Assembly (NCBI GenBank): GCA_963701275.1
Contig: OY969582.1
Coordinates: forward strand, 2,175,344 to 2,239,343
Source of the DNA: an uncultured Alphaproteobacteria bacterium
GTDB taxonomy: Bacteria > Pseudomonadota > Alphaproteobacteria > Rhizobiales > Beijerinckiaceae
DNA: 64,000 bases
Direction of reading: 5' to 3'
Part shown: piece by piece, positions 21,825 to 33,673 of the stretch
Position numbering within the stretch: the stretch's first letter is position 1
How the letters are laid out: the number at the start of each line of letters is the position of its first letter
Made by a program: the position numbers and the translations under genes
The notes under the pieces: generated by a model
What the model was told of the DNA's origin: nothing
Databases searched by the model: none
The model's input: only the letters and a program-made list of their open reading frames with translations

Positions 21825-24800
21825 ATGCGGTCCAAGCCTGTCTTTTTCGATCCACCGGTAGGCGCGCTTCGCGTCTGTCCTGGATCATGCGAATCGGCAC
21901 TGCGGCGCGTGGCGATCGTATGCGTGTTTTTCGTCATTCTGCTGCTCGCGAACAATCCGCCTCTGAGCACCAATCTCGAAGGGTCGGCCGAGACCTTTTC
22001 CGGCCGCCGGTGACGGCGACCGTCACCCGCCATTCGCTGCCGAAATCGCGCAGCGCGTCGCCGCGGAATTGCGCGGCAAGGAGCGCGACTTGGCGCGTAT
22101 CGCCCACCTCAAGACCGAAACGCAAGGCCGCGTGAACGATTCATCGGCCGTCGTGCCGGCGTCCGGGCGCGCCTCGCCATCGGCTTCTACGCAAATTGGG
22201 ACCAGACGCAGCTTTTCGGCGCTGAAAAAGGACCTGCCGCATCTCGACTGGGTCATCCCGACCTGGCTCAGCGTGCAGGGCGAGCGACATCGGCATTCGC
22301 AACGACCTCGATCATCGCGCGCTGGCTCTGATCAAGGCGGCCGATCCGGCGAAGCCGATCTTTCCGCTGATCCAGAATTCCGTCGAGGGCAAATGGGATG
22401 GCGCCGGGCTTGCCAAATGGCTCGCCGATCCGGCCAAACGCGCCGCGCGGCTGAAGGAGATCATCGACTTTCTCGATTTCAACAATTGCCAGGGCTTGAC
22501 GGTCGACTTCGAAGAAGTGCCGGGAAGCGCCCAGGCCGACCTCAAGACTTTCCTCAAGGAAATGTCGGCCGCGTTCAAACCGCGCGGCTGGAAGATTCTG
22601 CTTGCCGTCCCATTCGACGACGATTCCTGGGACTATGTCGCCTATTCGCAACATCGTCGATTACATGATTTTGATGGCATACGACGAGCATTGGGAAACA
22701 GGCGACGTCCGGGCGCCGTCGCAAGCCAGGGCTGGTTCGAGCAAACTGCTCGACAAGCGGATGAAGGATCTCGATCCTGATCACACGATCATCGCGCTCG
22801 GCAATTACGGCTATGATTGGGCTCAGGGCAAGCCCGCGGAGGATGTGACCTTCCAGGACGTGGCGCGGATCGCGCGGACGAATGCGGGCGATATCGATTT
22901 CGATGCCGACGCCGAGAACCCGCATTTCACTTATCAAGGACAGGGCGGGGCAGGCGCATGATGTCTGGTTCCTCGACGGCGTCTCCGCCTTCAACGAGAT
23001 TCATGCCTCCGACATCTACCGGCCGGCCGGCTATGCGGTGTGGCGCCTCGGCGCGGAAGATCCCTCGATCTGGTCGGTGCTCTGGCCGCCCCTATGATTC
23101 GGCCGCCCCGGAGGCCTGAAAACCATTCCGGCCACGCCAGGAAGTCTATTTCCAGAACCAGGGCGAAATCCTGCATGTCGCGGCGCAGCCTTCGACCGGC
23201 CAGCGCGCTATCGAGCTCGACCCGGAGACGGGCGATATCGTCGACGAGAACTATACAAGTCTGCCGACGTCCTTCGTCATCCAGCGTTTCGGCTCGCAGC
23301 CAAAAAAAGTTCGCGCTAACCTTCGACGACGGGCCAGATCCGACCTGGACGCCGCAGATCCTCGACATCCTGAAGGAAAAGCATGTCCACGCCACCTTCT
23401 TCATCATCGGTGAGAATGCCGGTGCCATCCCGGAACTCGTCGAGCGCGAATATGAAGAAGGCCATGACGTCGGCAATCACACGTTCACGCATCCGAACAT
23501 GGTGGAATTGCCACTCGGCATGGCGAAGCTCGAGATCAACGCGACGCGGCGGCTGTTCGAGGCGATCACCGGCCATTCGATGCGGCTGTTCCGGGCGCCT
23601 TTCTGGGCGATTCCGACCCGACGACGATGGACGAACTGTGCCTGTCGCGCTCGCGCAAAGCATGGGTTTCGTGACCGTCGGCCTGCGTATCGATCCGGAC
23701 GATTGGCTGCGTCCGCCCGCGCAGACGATCGTCGATCGCATCCTGAAGCAGGTCGCCGACCAGGACCCGGACAATGCCGGCAACATCGTGCTTCTGCATG
23801 ATGCCGGCGGCGACCGGTCCGAAACGGTCAAGGCCCTGCCGCAACTGATCGATGCGCTGCGCGCGCGCGGCTATGACTTCGTCACGGCCTCGCAGCTCGC
23901 CGGACTGACGCGCGAACAGGCGATGCCGGCGCTGCCGCCGGGCATGTTCGAGCCGTTCATCAACCGCTCGGTGTTCTACACGCTCGGCTGGTCGCAGCAT
24001 CTGCTGCAGGCGATGTTCATCGGCGCGATCTGGCTCGGCTTCGCGCGCGTCGTGTTTCTCTGCGGCCTCGGCCTCTCCACCGCTTGCAGGAGGTGCGGCG
24101 GCCAAAGCCGGTTATCGCCGGGCGTCTACCCCGAAGTCAGCGTCATCATTCCCGGCGCATAACGAGGCCGAGGTGATCGTCAAATCGGTCGAGCGGATAC
24201 TCGCAAGCGACTATCCCGGCCTTGAAGTGATCGTCGTCGACGATGGCTCGACCGACGGAACCTCGGCGGTCGTTTCCAGGCGTTTCGGCGATACCGCCAA
24301 CGTCAAGCTCATCACGATGCCGAATGGCGGCAAGGCCAATGCGATCAATCTCGGCCTCGCGCAGGCCAGGGGCAGCATCATCGTCGCCCTCGACGCCGAT
24401 ACGTTGTTCGAGAAGGATACGATCACGAATTTGACGCGCTGGTTCGTCGATCCGTCCGTCGGCGCGGTCGCCGGCAACGCCAAGGTCGGCAACCGGATCA
24501 ATACGATCACCCAATGGCAGGCGCTCGAATATATCAGCGCGCAAAATCTCGAGCGGCGCGCGCTCGTCGTCTTGGGCTGCATGACGGTTGTTCCGGGTGC
24601 CGTCGGCGCCTGGCGGCGCGAGGCGCTGGATAGCCTCGGCCGCTTTCCGACCAACACGCTGGCCGAAGATCAGGATCTCACGATCTCCGTCCAGAAGGCC
24701 GGCTATCGCGTCGTTTTCGACAGCGAGGCCGTCGCTTGGACGGAGGCACCGGACACGTTCAAGGGTCTCATCGCGGCAGCGTTTCCGATGGGCCTATGGA

Positions 24801-25259
24801 ACACTGCAATGCCTCTGGAAGCACCGCGACGTGACGTTCCGGCCGCGCTTCGGCACGCTCGGATTCATCGCCATGCCGCAGGTCTGGCTATTTCAGGTTC
24901 TGCTGGCGGTCATGGCGCCGCTCGTCGATTTCATGCTGGTCTGGCAGATCCTGACACACGGGCTGGACTATCTGCAGCACAGGAATCAGTTCAATCCGGA
25001 CAGCCTGATCATCACTCTGATCTATTTCGCGGCGTTCATGGCGACGGACTTCCTGGCCGTCGCGTTGGCTTTCATCATCGAGCGCAACGAGAACTGGCGG
25101 CTGATGCTCTGGCTCGCGCTGCAGCGTCTCGGTTACCGTCAGATTCTCTATTACGTCGTCGTGAAATCGGTGATGACGGCGTTGCTCGGCCCGCTGGTCG
25201 GCTGGGGCAACCTCGATCGCAAGGCGACCGTCTCGCTGCCTGTTCCCGATCAACGCTGA
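21825..25259 (+). CDS. GH18-like + polysaccharide deacetylase (CE4/NodB) + GT2 synthase multidomain membrane protein (many frameshifts)
   Basis: GLTVDFEE and LMAYDEHW (GH18), LTFDDGP / NHTFTHP / LLHDAGG (CE4), VVDDGSTD / DADT / AEDQD / QRFRW (GT2). Confidence 0.85.
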
Positions 25260-25275
25260 GTGTCTGCAGAGCGCT

Positions 25276-25560
25276 CTATTTCGGCGCGACGGTGCAAGGA
25301 TCAACAGCTGGTGCACGGCGGAGCCCGATAATGCCGGTCGGCGTATAATCGATATCGCCGTGCAAACTCTGTCCGTTCTCTGCGCGTGCAATCTGCGTGC
25401 GGTCGCTGCCCAAAATCTGAGCCAGCACCCCGTCCTTTTTCGATGCAAAATGGAGGAGGTCCGCCGCCGCGACGAAAAGCACCGCAATCACCGACAGAGC
25501 GAGCGCCATGCTCTCGAACGTCGTTCCGTACTCATCGCGCAGAAAAACCCGCAGTTTCAT
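25276..25560 (-). CDS. Small Flp/pseudopilin-like membrane protein
   Basis: FLRDEYGTTFES plus a hydrophobic helix, then DYTPTG; GAGG RBS. Confidence 0.65.
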   Translation of the reverse strand: MKLRVFLRDEYGTTFESMALALSVIAVLFVAAADLLHFASKKDGVLAQILGSDRTQIARAENGQSLHGDIDYTPTGIIGLRRAPAVDPCTVAPK

Positions 25561-25609
25561 GACTCTCGTGCCTCGCCAGCCGGACCCATTTCCAGGATGC
25601 GGGCGCAGA

Positions 25610-25625
25610 GTTAAGAGAAGGTTGA
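25610..25625 (-). promoter_or_regulatory. CtrA-like box upstream of the pilin-like gene
   Basis: Minus strand TCAA-CCTTCTC-TTAAC versus TTAA-N7-TTAAC. Confidence 0.4.
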
Positions 25626-25696
25626 GGAAATCTCAAAAACGCGCATTTTGCGCAGAGTGGAGGCAAAGCGATGCCGGCTCACGACCGGCGCGGCTC

Positions 25697-27775
25697 TCAC
25701 ACCACGACAAGCTCGGCGGCGAACGCGGCGCGTTCCTGAATGAAGGCGAAGCGCGCTTCCGGTTTATTGCCCATCAAGCGCTCGACGGATTCAGCGGTCT
25801 CTTCCGTGTCGTCGGCGACGACGACGACACGGAGAAGCGCGCGTTGCCGCGGGTCCATCGTCGTCTCCTTCAACTGCGCCACCTGCATCTCGCCGAGGCC
25901 CTTAAATCGGGCGACTTCCACTTTGGCTTTGCCGGTCAGGACCGTGCGTAGCAATTCGTCGCGATGGGCATCATTGCGCGCGTAGACATGTTTCGCACCC
26001 TGGGTCAGTCGATAGAGCGGCGGCACGGCGAGATAAAGATGGCCGCCTTCGATGAGCTTCGGCATCTGCCGATAGAAGAAGGTGATCAGCAGCGACGCGA
26101 TATGGGCGCCGTCGACGTCGGCGTCGGTCATGATGATGACCTTCTCGTAGCGCAGATCCTCCTCCTTGTAGTGTGCAGCCGTACCGCAGCCGAGCGCCTG
26201 GATGAGATCGGAGAGCTGCTGATTGCCGGCGAGCTTGTCTCTGGTGGCGCTGGCGACGTTGAGGATCTTGCCGCGTAGGGGGAGCACGGCCTGGTTGACC
26301 CGGTCGCGCGCCTGCTTGGCAGAGCCGCCGGCGGAATCGCCCTCGACGATGAAGAGTTCGGAGCCTTGCGCGCTATTGTTCGAGCAGTCGGCGAGCTTGC
26401 CGGGAAGCCGCAGTTTGCGCCCGGCTGTTTTGCGGGCGACATCCCTTTCGGCCCGCCTGCGCACGCGTTCTTCCGCTCGCTCAACGGTGAAATCGAGCAG
26501 TTTGAGCGCCCCTGAAGGCGAGGCGGCGAGCCAATGGTCGAAGCCGTCGCGCAGCGTGGTCTCGACGATCCGCGCGGCCTCCTGGCTCATCAGCCGGCCC
26601 TTGTTCTGACCCTGGAATTCTGGATCGCGCAGAAAGACGGAAATCAACGCTGCGCAAGAGCCCATGACGTCGTCGCTGGTCAGCACGGCGGCGCGTTTGG
26701 CCTGGCCGATTCGCTCGGCATGGTCTTTCAGGCCGCGGAGCAGGGCGGTTCGCAGACCGGCCTCGTGGGTGCCGCCATCGGCGGTTGGGATCGTGTTGCA
26801 ATAGGAATGGACGAAGCCATCGTCCTCTGCGAGCCAGGCGATCGCCCATTCGAGCGAACCGTGGCCGCCGGGCTTTTCCACCTTGCCGGTGAAGCTCTGC
26901 TCGGCGACGAGTTCTTTGCCCTTGATATCCTGGGCCAGATAATCTTTCAGGCCGCCGGGGAAGTGGAACACCGCCTCGGCTGGAATCTCGATTGCTGGAT
27001 CGAGAAGTTCGGGCGCGCAATGCCAGCGGATCTCAACGCCGCCGAACAGATAGGCCTTGGCGCGCGCCATTCTGAACAGCCGTGCCGGCTTGAACTTCAC
27101 AGCCTTGCCGAAAATCTGCTCGTCGGGCTTGAACCTGACCTTGGTGCCGCGCCGGTTCGGCACCTTGCCGACCTGTTCGAGCTTGCTTTTCGGGGCTCCC
27201 CGCTCGAAGAACTGCCGATACAGCGTCTGGCTTCGTGCGACATCGACTTCGAGCCGTTCCGACAAAGCGTTGACGACCGATACGCCGACGCCGTGCAGCC
27301 CGCCTGAGGTCTGATAGGCGCCGGAGTCGAACTTTCCACCCGCGTGCAGCGTCGTCATGATCACTTCAAGCGCTGATTTCTTCGGAAATTTTGGATGCGG
27401 ATCGATGGGAATGCCTCGACCATTGTCGCTGACACTCAAAAAGCCGTTCGCCTCCACCGTGACATCGATGAAGCTCGCATGGCCCGCGACCGCCTCGTCC
27501 ATCGCATTGTCGAGAACTTCCGCGAAGAGGTGATGCAGTGCCGCCTCATCGGTACCGCCGATATACATGCCAGGGCGGCGGCGGACCGGTTCGAGGCCTT
27601 CGAGAACTTCGATCGAGGCAGCGGTATAACCGGCCTCACCGGGCGTGGCGGAGGCTGCGACGCGCAGGGGCTTTGCAGCTCCGCCCGCGGATCCTTTGGC
27701 CGGCTCCTTGTCCTTCGGCGCCGACCGCGAAGGTCTGAACGCTCCGTGACCGAAGAGATCCTCAGTTTTCGCCAT
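25697..27775 (-). CDS. parE: DNA topoisomerase IV subunit B
   Basis: LEGLEPVRRRPGMYIG, GGLHGVGVSVVNALS, IVEGDSAGGSAK, LRGKILNV, MTDADVDG; lacks the GyrB insert. Confidence 0.95.
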   Translation of the reverse strand: MAKTEDLFGHGAFRPSRSAPKDKEPAKGSAGGAAKPLRVAASATPGEAGYTAASIEVLEGLEPVRRRPGMYIGGTDEAALHHLFAEVLDNAMDEAVAGHASFIDVTVEANGFLSVSDNGRGIPIDPHPKFPKKSALEVIMTTLHAGGKFDSGAYQTSGGLHGVGVSVVNALSERLEVDVARSQTLYRQFFERGAPKSKLEQVGKVPNRRGTKVRFKPDEQIFGKAVKFKPARLFRMARAKAYLFGGVEIRWHCAPELLDPAIEIPAEAVFHFPGGLKDYLAQDIKGKELVAEQSFTGKVEKPGGHGSLEWAIAWLAEDDGFVHSYCNTIPTADGGTHEAGLRTALLRGLKDHAERIGQAKRAAVLTSDDVMGSCAALISVFLRDPEFQGQNKGRLMSQEAARIVETTLRDGFDHWLAASPSGALKLLDFTVERAEERVRRRAERDVARKTAGRKLRLPGKLADCSNNSAQGSELFIVEGDSAGGSAKQARDRVNQAVLPLRGKILNVASATRDKLAGNQQLSDLIQALGCGTAAHYKEEDLRYEKVIIMTDADVDGAHIASLLITFFYRQMPKLIEGGHLYLAVPPLYRLTQGAKHVYARNDAHRDELLRTVLTGKAKVEVARFKGLGEMQVAQLKETTMDPRQRALLRVVVVADDTEETAESVERLMGNKPEARFAFIQERAAFAAELVVV

Positions 27776-28098
27776 TCCGCACCTCGTCACCGCTGATTTG
27801 ATTTTGGAGTTTAGTGTAAGTCGCCCTGAACGAATAGAGAACGCAAACCTGCGACCAAACATCGGCTTGAATCAACGCTCGGTTAATCGATGGGGAGCTA
27901 AATCGGAAATAGTCCACTCACTGCGGGAGCCCCCGTTGCGCAGCGCGAGCGGAGCACTGACTGACTATTGTCGTCTGCTGCTCCGATTTCGCCGCTGCCA
28001 CGGGCGGCCGCGCAAGGATCGCCATCGAGAGCGCTGTCGCCATCAATAAGCAAGATCATCGCCCAATTGGCCGCGCGGCGTCGCCGGCGTTTCCGCCC

Positions 28099-28296
28099 CT
28101 GATCGCGCTTCCTTTCGTTCTTGGCTCTCCGTTCAATTTCGCCATTGACTTCGTGGCGGCGAAATTTCTCGGCGTGGCTGAATATGGCTATTGCGCCTTC
28201 GCGTTGTATGTCGCCGTCGTGTTGGGGATCTCGATTCTCGATTGGCTCCCCCTTTCGGCGACGCAGTTTTATTCCGAGGTTCGGACCCAACGATGA
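28099..28296 (+). pseudogene. N-terminal remnant of a Wzx-like oligosaccharide flippase
   Basis: Start-less frame ...VAAKFLGVAEYGYCAFAL...LDWLPLSATQFYSE*; stop overlaps the next ATG. Confidence 0.4.
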
Positions 28297-29450
28297 GCCG
28301 GATTGTCGCCATTCAAGTCCTGCGGGCGATAGCCGCGCTCATGATCGTGTTGAGCCATGCTCAAAATGATGCACTGAACGAGGCGCTGAAGGCTGGGATT
28401 GGCTTCAAGCGATTGACCGTCCTTCCTTGGGATGCCGGCGTCGATCTGTTCTTCGTGATCTCCGGCTTTATCATGGTGTATTCCTCGCAGCGCCTGTTTG
28501 CGACGCCGGGCGCGAGCCGCATTTTTATCACCCGCCGTTTGATCAGGATCGTTCCGCTCTATTGGCTGATTACCGCGATTTCACTGCTGGTCCTCGGCTA
28601 TGTCGCCTGGCTTGGGAGACGCGCTTTCCCAAGCCTTCTCGAAATCGCTGCATCGCTGGGTTTCGTGCCGTTTGCTCGGCCAGGTGACGGCCAGCCGCGC
28701 CCGATCGCGGCGCAGGGCTGGACGCTCAATTACGAGATGTTCTTTTATCTTGTCTTCGCGCTGTTCGTCGGCTTCCGGCGCGACGTCGCGGTGGCTTCTG
28801 TCGCCGTGACTTTGGCGCTCGCCGTCGGCATTGGCGCGATCGTCAAACCTAACGCGACGGCGCTCGCCTATTGGAGCGACCCAATCGTGCTCGAATTCGT
28901 GCTGGGGGCGCTGACGGCACTGGCATGGCAGCGCGGGATTCGCCTCAAACGCTCAATGGTTCTGCCTCTCATTATTGTCGGCTTGGCGGCGCTGGCGCCT
29001 GATCTCAATGGCATGGCCAAGGTCGGCCCCATCGCTGTTGACCCCAATGGCCTTGGGCGCTTGCTCGCGTGTGGGCTGCCGATGACATTGATCTTCGGCG
29101 CGAGCGTGCTGGCCGAACCGGGCTTTTTGGAGCGTGGCCCGCTGTCGTCGTCGCTCATTTTGCTGGGCGATGCATCCTATGCGCTCTATCTTTTCCACCC
29201 AATCGTCATCGTCCTCGCACGTAAGGCCTACGTTGCCCTTGGTTTGCCCCCGGCGATCGGCTTTTGGCCGCTGGTCGCGGTTGATATTCCGATGGCTGCA
29301 GCCTTTGCCGTGGCCATCCACGTGACCGTCGAGAAACCGGTCTCAGTCACGCTGCAAGCGTGGTTTCGCAGCAAGCGGAGCAGCGCCGACTCGCAAGCGG
29401 AGCCTCTGTTGCTTGCGGGAGCGCACAAACAAGAAATGCGGCTCCCTTAA
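28293..29450 (+). CDS. Acyltransferase family 3 (ExoZ-like)
   Basis: IQVLRAIAA, GVDLFFVISGFIM, RRLIRIVPLYW, GWTLNYEMFFY, LGDASYALYLFH. Confidence 0.92.
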   Translation: MSRIVAIQVLRAIAALMIVLSHAQNDALNEALKAGIGFKRLTVLPWDAGVDLFFVISGFIMVYSSQRLFATPGASRIFITRRLIRIVPLYWLITAISLLVLGYVAWLGRRAFPSLLEIAASLGFVPFARPGDGQPRPIAAQGWTLNYEMFFYLVFALFVGFRRDVAVASVAVTLALAVGIGAIVKPNATALAYWSDPIVLEFVLGALTALAWQRGIRLKRSMVLPLIIVGLAALAPDLNGMAKVGPIAVDPNGLGRLLACGLPMTLIFGASVLAEPGFLERGPLSSSLILLGDASYALYLFHPIVIVLARKAYVALGLPPAIGFWPLVAVDIPMAAAFAVAIHVTVEKPVSVTLQAWFRSKRSSADSQAEPLLLAGAHKQEMRLP

Positions 29451-29464
29451 TCAGGGAGCCGCAT
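29436..29464. terminator. Hairpin between convergent acyltransferase and glnA
   Basis: ATGCGGCTCCCT-5nt-AGGGAGCCGCAT. Confidence 0.65.
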
Positions 29465-29560
29465 CGCTAAGCTTATAGGTCTATTCAGTGCAGCCACGCC
29501 GAGCGAGGGCACGGCGGTTCGTTCGTTGAGCACGTATCTATCCTGAGAGCCTGCAATGCC

Positions 29561-30970
29561 CTACACCGAATAATACATATCGAATTCGACCGGGTGGGGG
29601 GTCATTTCGAAGCGCAGGACCTCGCCCATTTTCAGATCGATATAGCTGTCGATGAAATCGTCGTCGAAGACACCCCCGGCCTTGAGGAAGCTCCTGTCCT
29701 TGTCGACGTTCAGCAGCGCATCGCGCAGCGAGCCGCAGACCGTCGGGATCTTCTTCAGCTCCTTCGGCGGCAGGTCGTAAAGGTCCTTGTCAACGGGGCT
29801 GCCCGGATCGATCTTGTTCGTGATTCCGTCGAGCCCGGCCATCAGCATCGCGGCGAAGGCGAGATAGGGATTGGCGGCCGGATCGGGGAAGCGCACCTCG
29901 ACGCGCTTGGCCTTCGGGTTCGACGTATAGGGGATGCGGCAGGAGGCCGAACGGTTGCGCGCCGAATAGGCGAGCAAGACCGGCGCTTCGAAGCCTGGCA
30001 CCAGCCGCTTATACGAGTTCGTCGACGGATTGGTGAAGGCGTTCAAGGCGCGCGCATGGCGGATGATGCCGCCGATGTAATACAGGCATTCGTCGGAAAG
30101 GTCGGAATATTTGTTGCCGGCGAAGACCGGCTTGCCACCCTTCCAGATCGACTGGTGCACATGCATGCCCGAACCATTGTCGCCGTAGACGGGTTTGGGC
30201 ATGAAGGTGGCGGTCTTGCCATAGCTCTGCGCCACCATGTGGATGCAGTATTTATAGATCTGCAGACGGTCGGCCATGATGGTGAGCGGGCCGAACTTCA
30301 GCCCGAGCTCGTGCTGCGCGGAGCCGACCTCGTGATGATGTTTCTCCGTTTGGGCGCCCATCTGCGCCATCGCGGACAGCATCTCGCTGCGCATGTCCTG
30401 GGCCGAATCCTGCGGCGGCACCGGGAAATAGCCGCCCTTGGTGCGCATCCGATGGCCGAGATTGCCGCCCTCATAGACCGTGTCCGAATTGGTCGGAAAC
30501 TCGATCGAATCAAGAATGAAGCCGGTGTTATAGGGCTCGGTGGCAAAGCGGACATCGTCAAAGACGAAAAACTCCGCCTCCGGACCGAAATAAGCAGCAT
30601 CCCCGATCCCGATCGAGGTGGCATAGGCCTCGGCGCGCTTGGCGATCCCGCGTGGATCGCGGTTATAGGGCTCGCCCGTCGTCGGCTCGAGAACGTCGCA
30701 GACGATCGACATCGTCGGCGCCGCAAAGAACGGATCCATCACCGCCGTCACCGGATCCGGCATCAAACACATGTCCAATTCGTTGATCGCCTTCCACCCG
30801 GCAATCGACGAACCGTCGAACATCAATCCTTCCGAAAACGTGTCACGATCAACCAACGAAACGTCAAACGTCACATGCTGCCACTTGCCGCGCGGATCAG
30901 TGAAGCGGAAATCGACATATTTGACATCATTGTCCTTGATCACTTTCAGCACTTCATCGGCAGTCTTCAT
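29561..30970 (-). CDS. glnA: Glutamine synthetase type I
   Basis: [39 protein letters not shown] adenylylation site. Confidence 0.98.
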   Translation of the reverse strand: MKTADEVLKVIKDNDVKYVDFRFTDPRGKWQHVTFDVSLVDRDTFSEGLMFDGSSIAGWKAINELDMCLMPDPVTAVMDPFFAAPTMSIVCDVLEPTTGEPYNRDPRGIAKRAEAYATSIGIGDAAYFGPEAEFFVFDDVRFATEPYNTGFILDSIEFPTNSDTVYEGGNLGHRMRTKGGYFPVPPQDSAQDMRSEMLSAMAQMGAQTEKHHHEVGSAQHELGLKFGPLTIMADRLQIYKYCIHMVAQSYGKTATFMPKPVYGDNGSGMHVHQSIWKGGKPVFAGNKYSDLSDECLYYIGGIIRHARALNAFTNPSTNSYKRLVPGFEAPVLLAYSARNRSASCRIPYTSNPKAKRVEVRFPDPAANPYLAFAAMLMAGLDGITNKIDPGSPVDKDLYDLPPKELKKIPTVCGSLRDALLNVDKDRSFLKAGGVFDDDFIDSYIDLKMGEVLRFEMTPHPVEFDMYYSV

Positions 30971-31034
30971 GTCCTGCCCTCAAGATCGAGTGGAAAATTC
31001 CGGCGTTGCTCGGAAAGAAAAAAGAATGCGATCC

Positions 31035-32095
<1,061 letters not shown>

Positions 32096-32554
32096 GGCAG
32101 TCACTCCTGAGCTCTCGATGGTTGATCCGTTTCCGAGCGAAACCCGCCGCATTGGCGGCTGATTGCTGAAGTCGGAATGAGCAGATCGGCGACTCCCTAC
32201 GCAGGGAGCATCGGGGACGGCGCGAATGAACGGCCGGTTCGATTCCTCAGGAGATCAACGCGGCCTTGCGCCGCAAGAAGGAACCAAACAACGCACGGCG
32301 GTCGCCGAACGTTCCCCAGCGCGAGACACCCAAAACCATCAATCGTTTCAAGTGAATCGCCACTGTAGTACTATGGTAGCGCGGCTTCGAAGTCCGTCAA
32401 GTTATTTGCGGATCGCAGCGCATTTTTCTGCGTCCTGCGGTCGCTCCTGCAACACTCGCCTTGCAGCTGCCTCGGATCACATCGGAAGCTTTCTAAATCG
32501 CCACAGATATGGCGCAGAGAGTCACTCGCGTTGATGCAAAGCTCGCGTTAGCGC

Positions 32555-33397
32555 TCAGCCTTCGGCGATCGGAACATCGTTGCGCGAACCCCATTCGGAC
32601 CAAGAGCCGTCGTAAAGTACGACGCCATTTTTTCCAATGGCTTCGAGCGCGAGGAGAAGGATCGCCGCGGTCACGCCGGAACCGCATGTCGTAATGATCG
32701 GCCGGTCGAGATCGACGCCTGCTTTGGCAAAGGCTGCGGCAATCTCTTGCGGCGATCGCATTGCGCCATTTTCGGCAATCTCGCGCCAAGGCAAATTGAA
32801 GCTGCCGGGAATGTGCCCGCTGCGCACCCCGGGCCGCGGCTCCGGCGCTTCGCCGCGAAAGCGCGGGGCAGCGCGCGCATCGACGATCTGCGCTGACCCC
32901 GTCGCCAAGGCGCGCTTCATCATCTCGAGTGTGGCGACGCCGGCGTGATCGAAATCAACCTTGAAGGTTTGCGGGGACCGGTAAACTTCGCCGTGTTGCA
33001 GCGGGCGCCCCTCGGCTGTCCATTTCTGCAGGCCGCCGGCGAGTACCTTCACGTCCTTGGCGCCGAACAACCGCAATGTCCACGAGACGCGGGGGCCGCC
33101 TTGAAGGCCGGCATTGTCATAGACGACGATCCGCATGGCGTCCCCGACACCGAGATCGCGCATCGCCGCGGCAAAATCCTCAGGCGATGGCAGCATGTGC
33201 GGCAGGTCGGTTCCGTGGTCGGCGATGGCGTCGATGTCGAAGAAGACCGCGCCGGGAATATGGCCGGCACGATATTCGGCCTGCGCGTCGCGGCCATCGC
33301 TCGGCAGGAAGAACGTGCCGTCGATCATAACGAGGTCGGGCTCACCGAGATGGTCGGCAAGCCATTCCGTCGAAACGAAAAAAGGGGAGGAACTCAT
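32555..33397 (-). CDS. sseA: 3-mercaptopyruvate sulfurtransferase (two rhodanese domains)
   Basis: VSTEWL, GHIPGA, LPHMLP, CGSGVTA, LYDGSWSEW. Confidence 0.93.
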   Translation of the reverse strand: MSSSPFFVSTEWLADHLGEPDLVMIDGTFFLPSDGRDAQAEYRAGHIPGAVFFDIDAIADHGTDLPHMLPSPEDFAAAMRDLGVGDAMRIVVYDNAGLQGGPRVSWTLRLFGAKDVKVLAGGLQKWTAEGRPLQHGEVYRSPQTFKVDFDHAGVATLEMMKRALATGSAQIVDARAAPRFRGEAPEPRPGVRSGHIPGSFNLPWREIAENGAMRSPQEIAAAFAKAGVDLDRPIITTCGSGVTAAILLLALEAIGKNGVVLYDGSWSEWGSRNDVPIAEG

Positions 33398-33523
33398 CAA
33401 TTGACCTTTTCGATCGGTTGTCGGTTGTGGCAGGTCCAGCATCAGCCGGTGTGCGGCCGCACAGGCGGTCGGCCCGATCGGCGCCATGGTGGGGCCATGA
33501 AACGCACCCCGATGGAGTCCGCC

Positions 33524-33616
33524 ATGACCCGCCGCGCCGAAGAGAAGCTGATCGTCCCCGCCATGTTCTTTGCCTTCTGGCTTGCCGGCTTCATGTTCAT
33601 GCTGCACGTTGCCTGA
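33524..33616 (+). CDS. Candidate 30-aa single-helix membrane microprotein
   Basis: GGAG RBS then MTRRAEEKLIVPAMFFAFWLAGFMFMLHVA*. Confidence 0.4.
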   Translation: MTRRAEEKLIVPAMFFAFWLAGFMFMLHVA

Positions 33617-33673
33617 CGGCCTTATGTGGGGTCTGACCTCTTTCCGAAGGTCTGCGACGTATTGGAGTCATGC

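Noticed and set aside
30770-30790. GlnA reads INELDM where INESDM is usual
   Set aside because: A single-base difference in an error-prone assembly; cannot be interpreted without reads.
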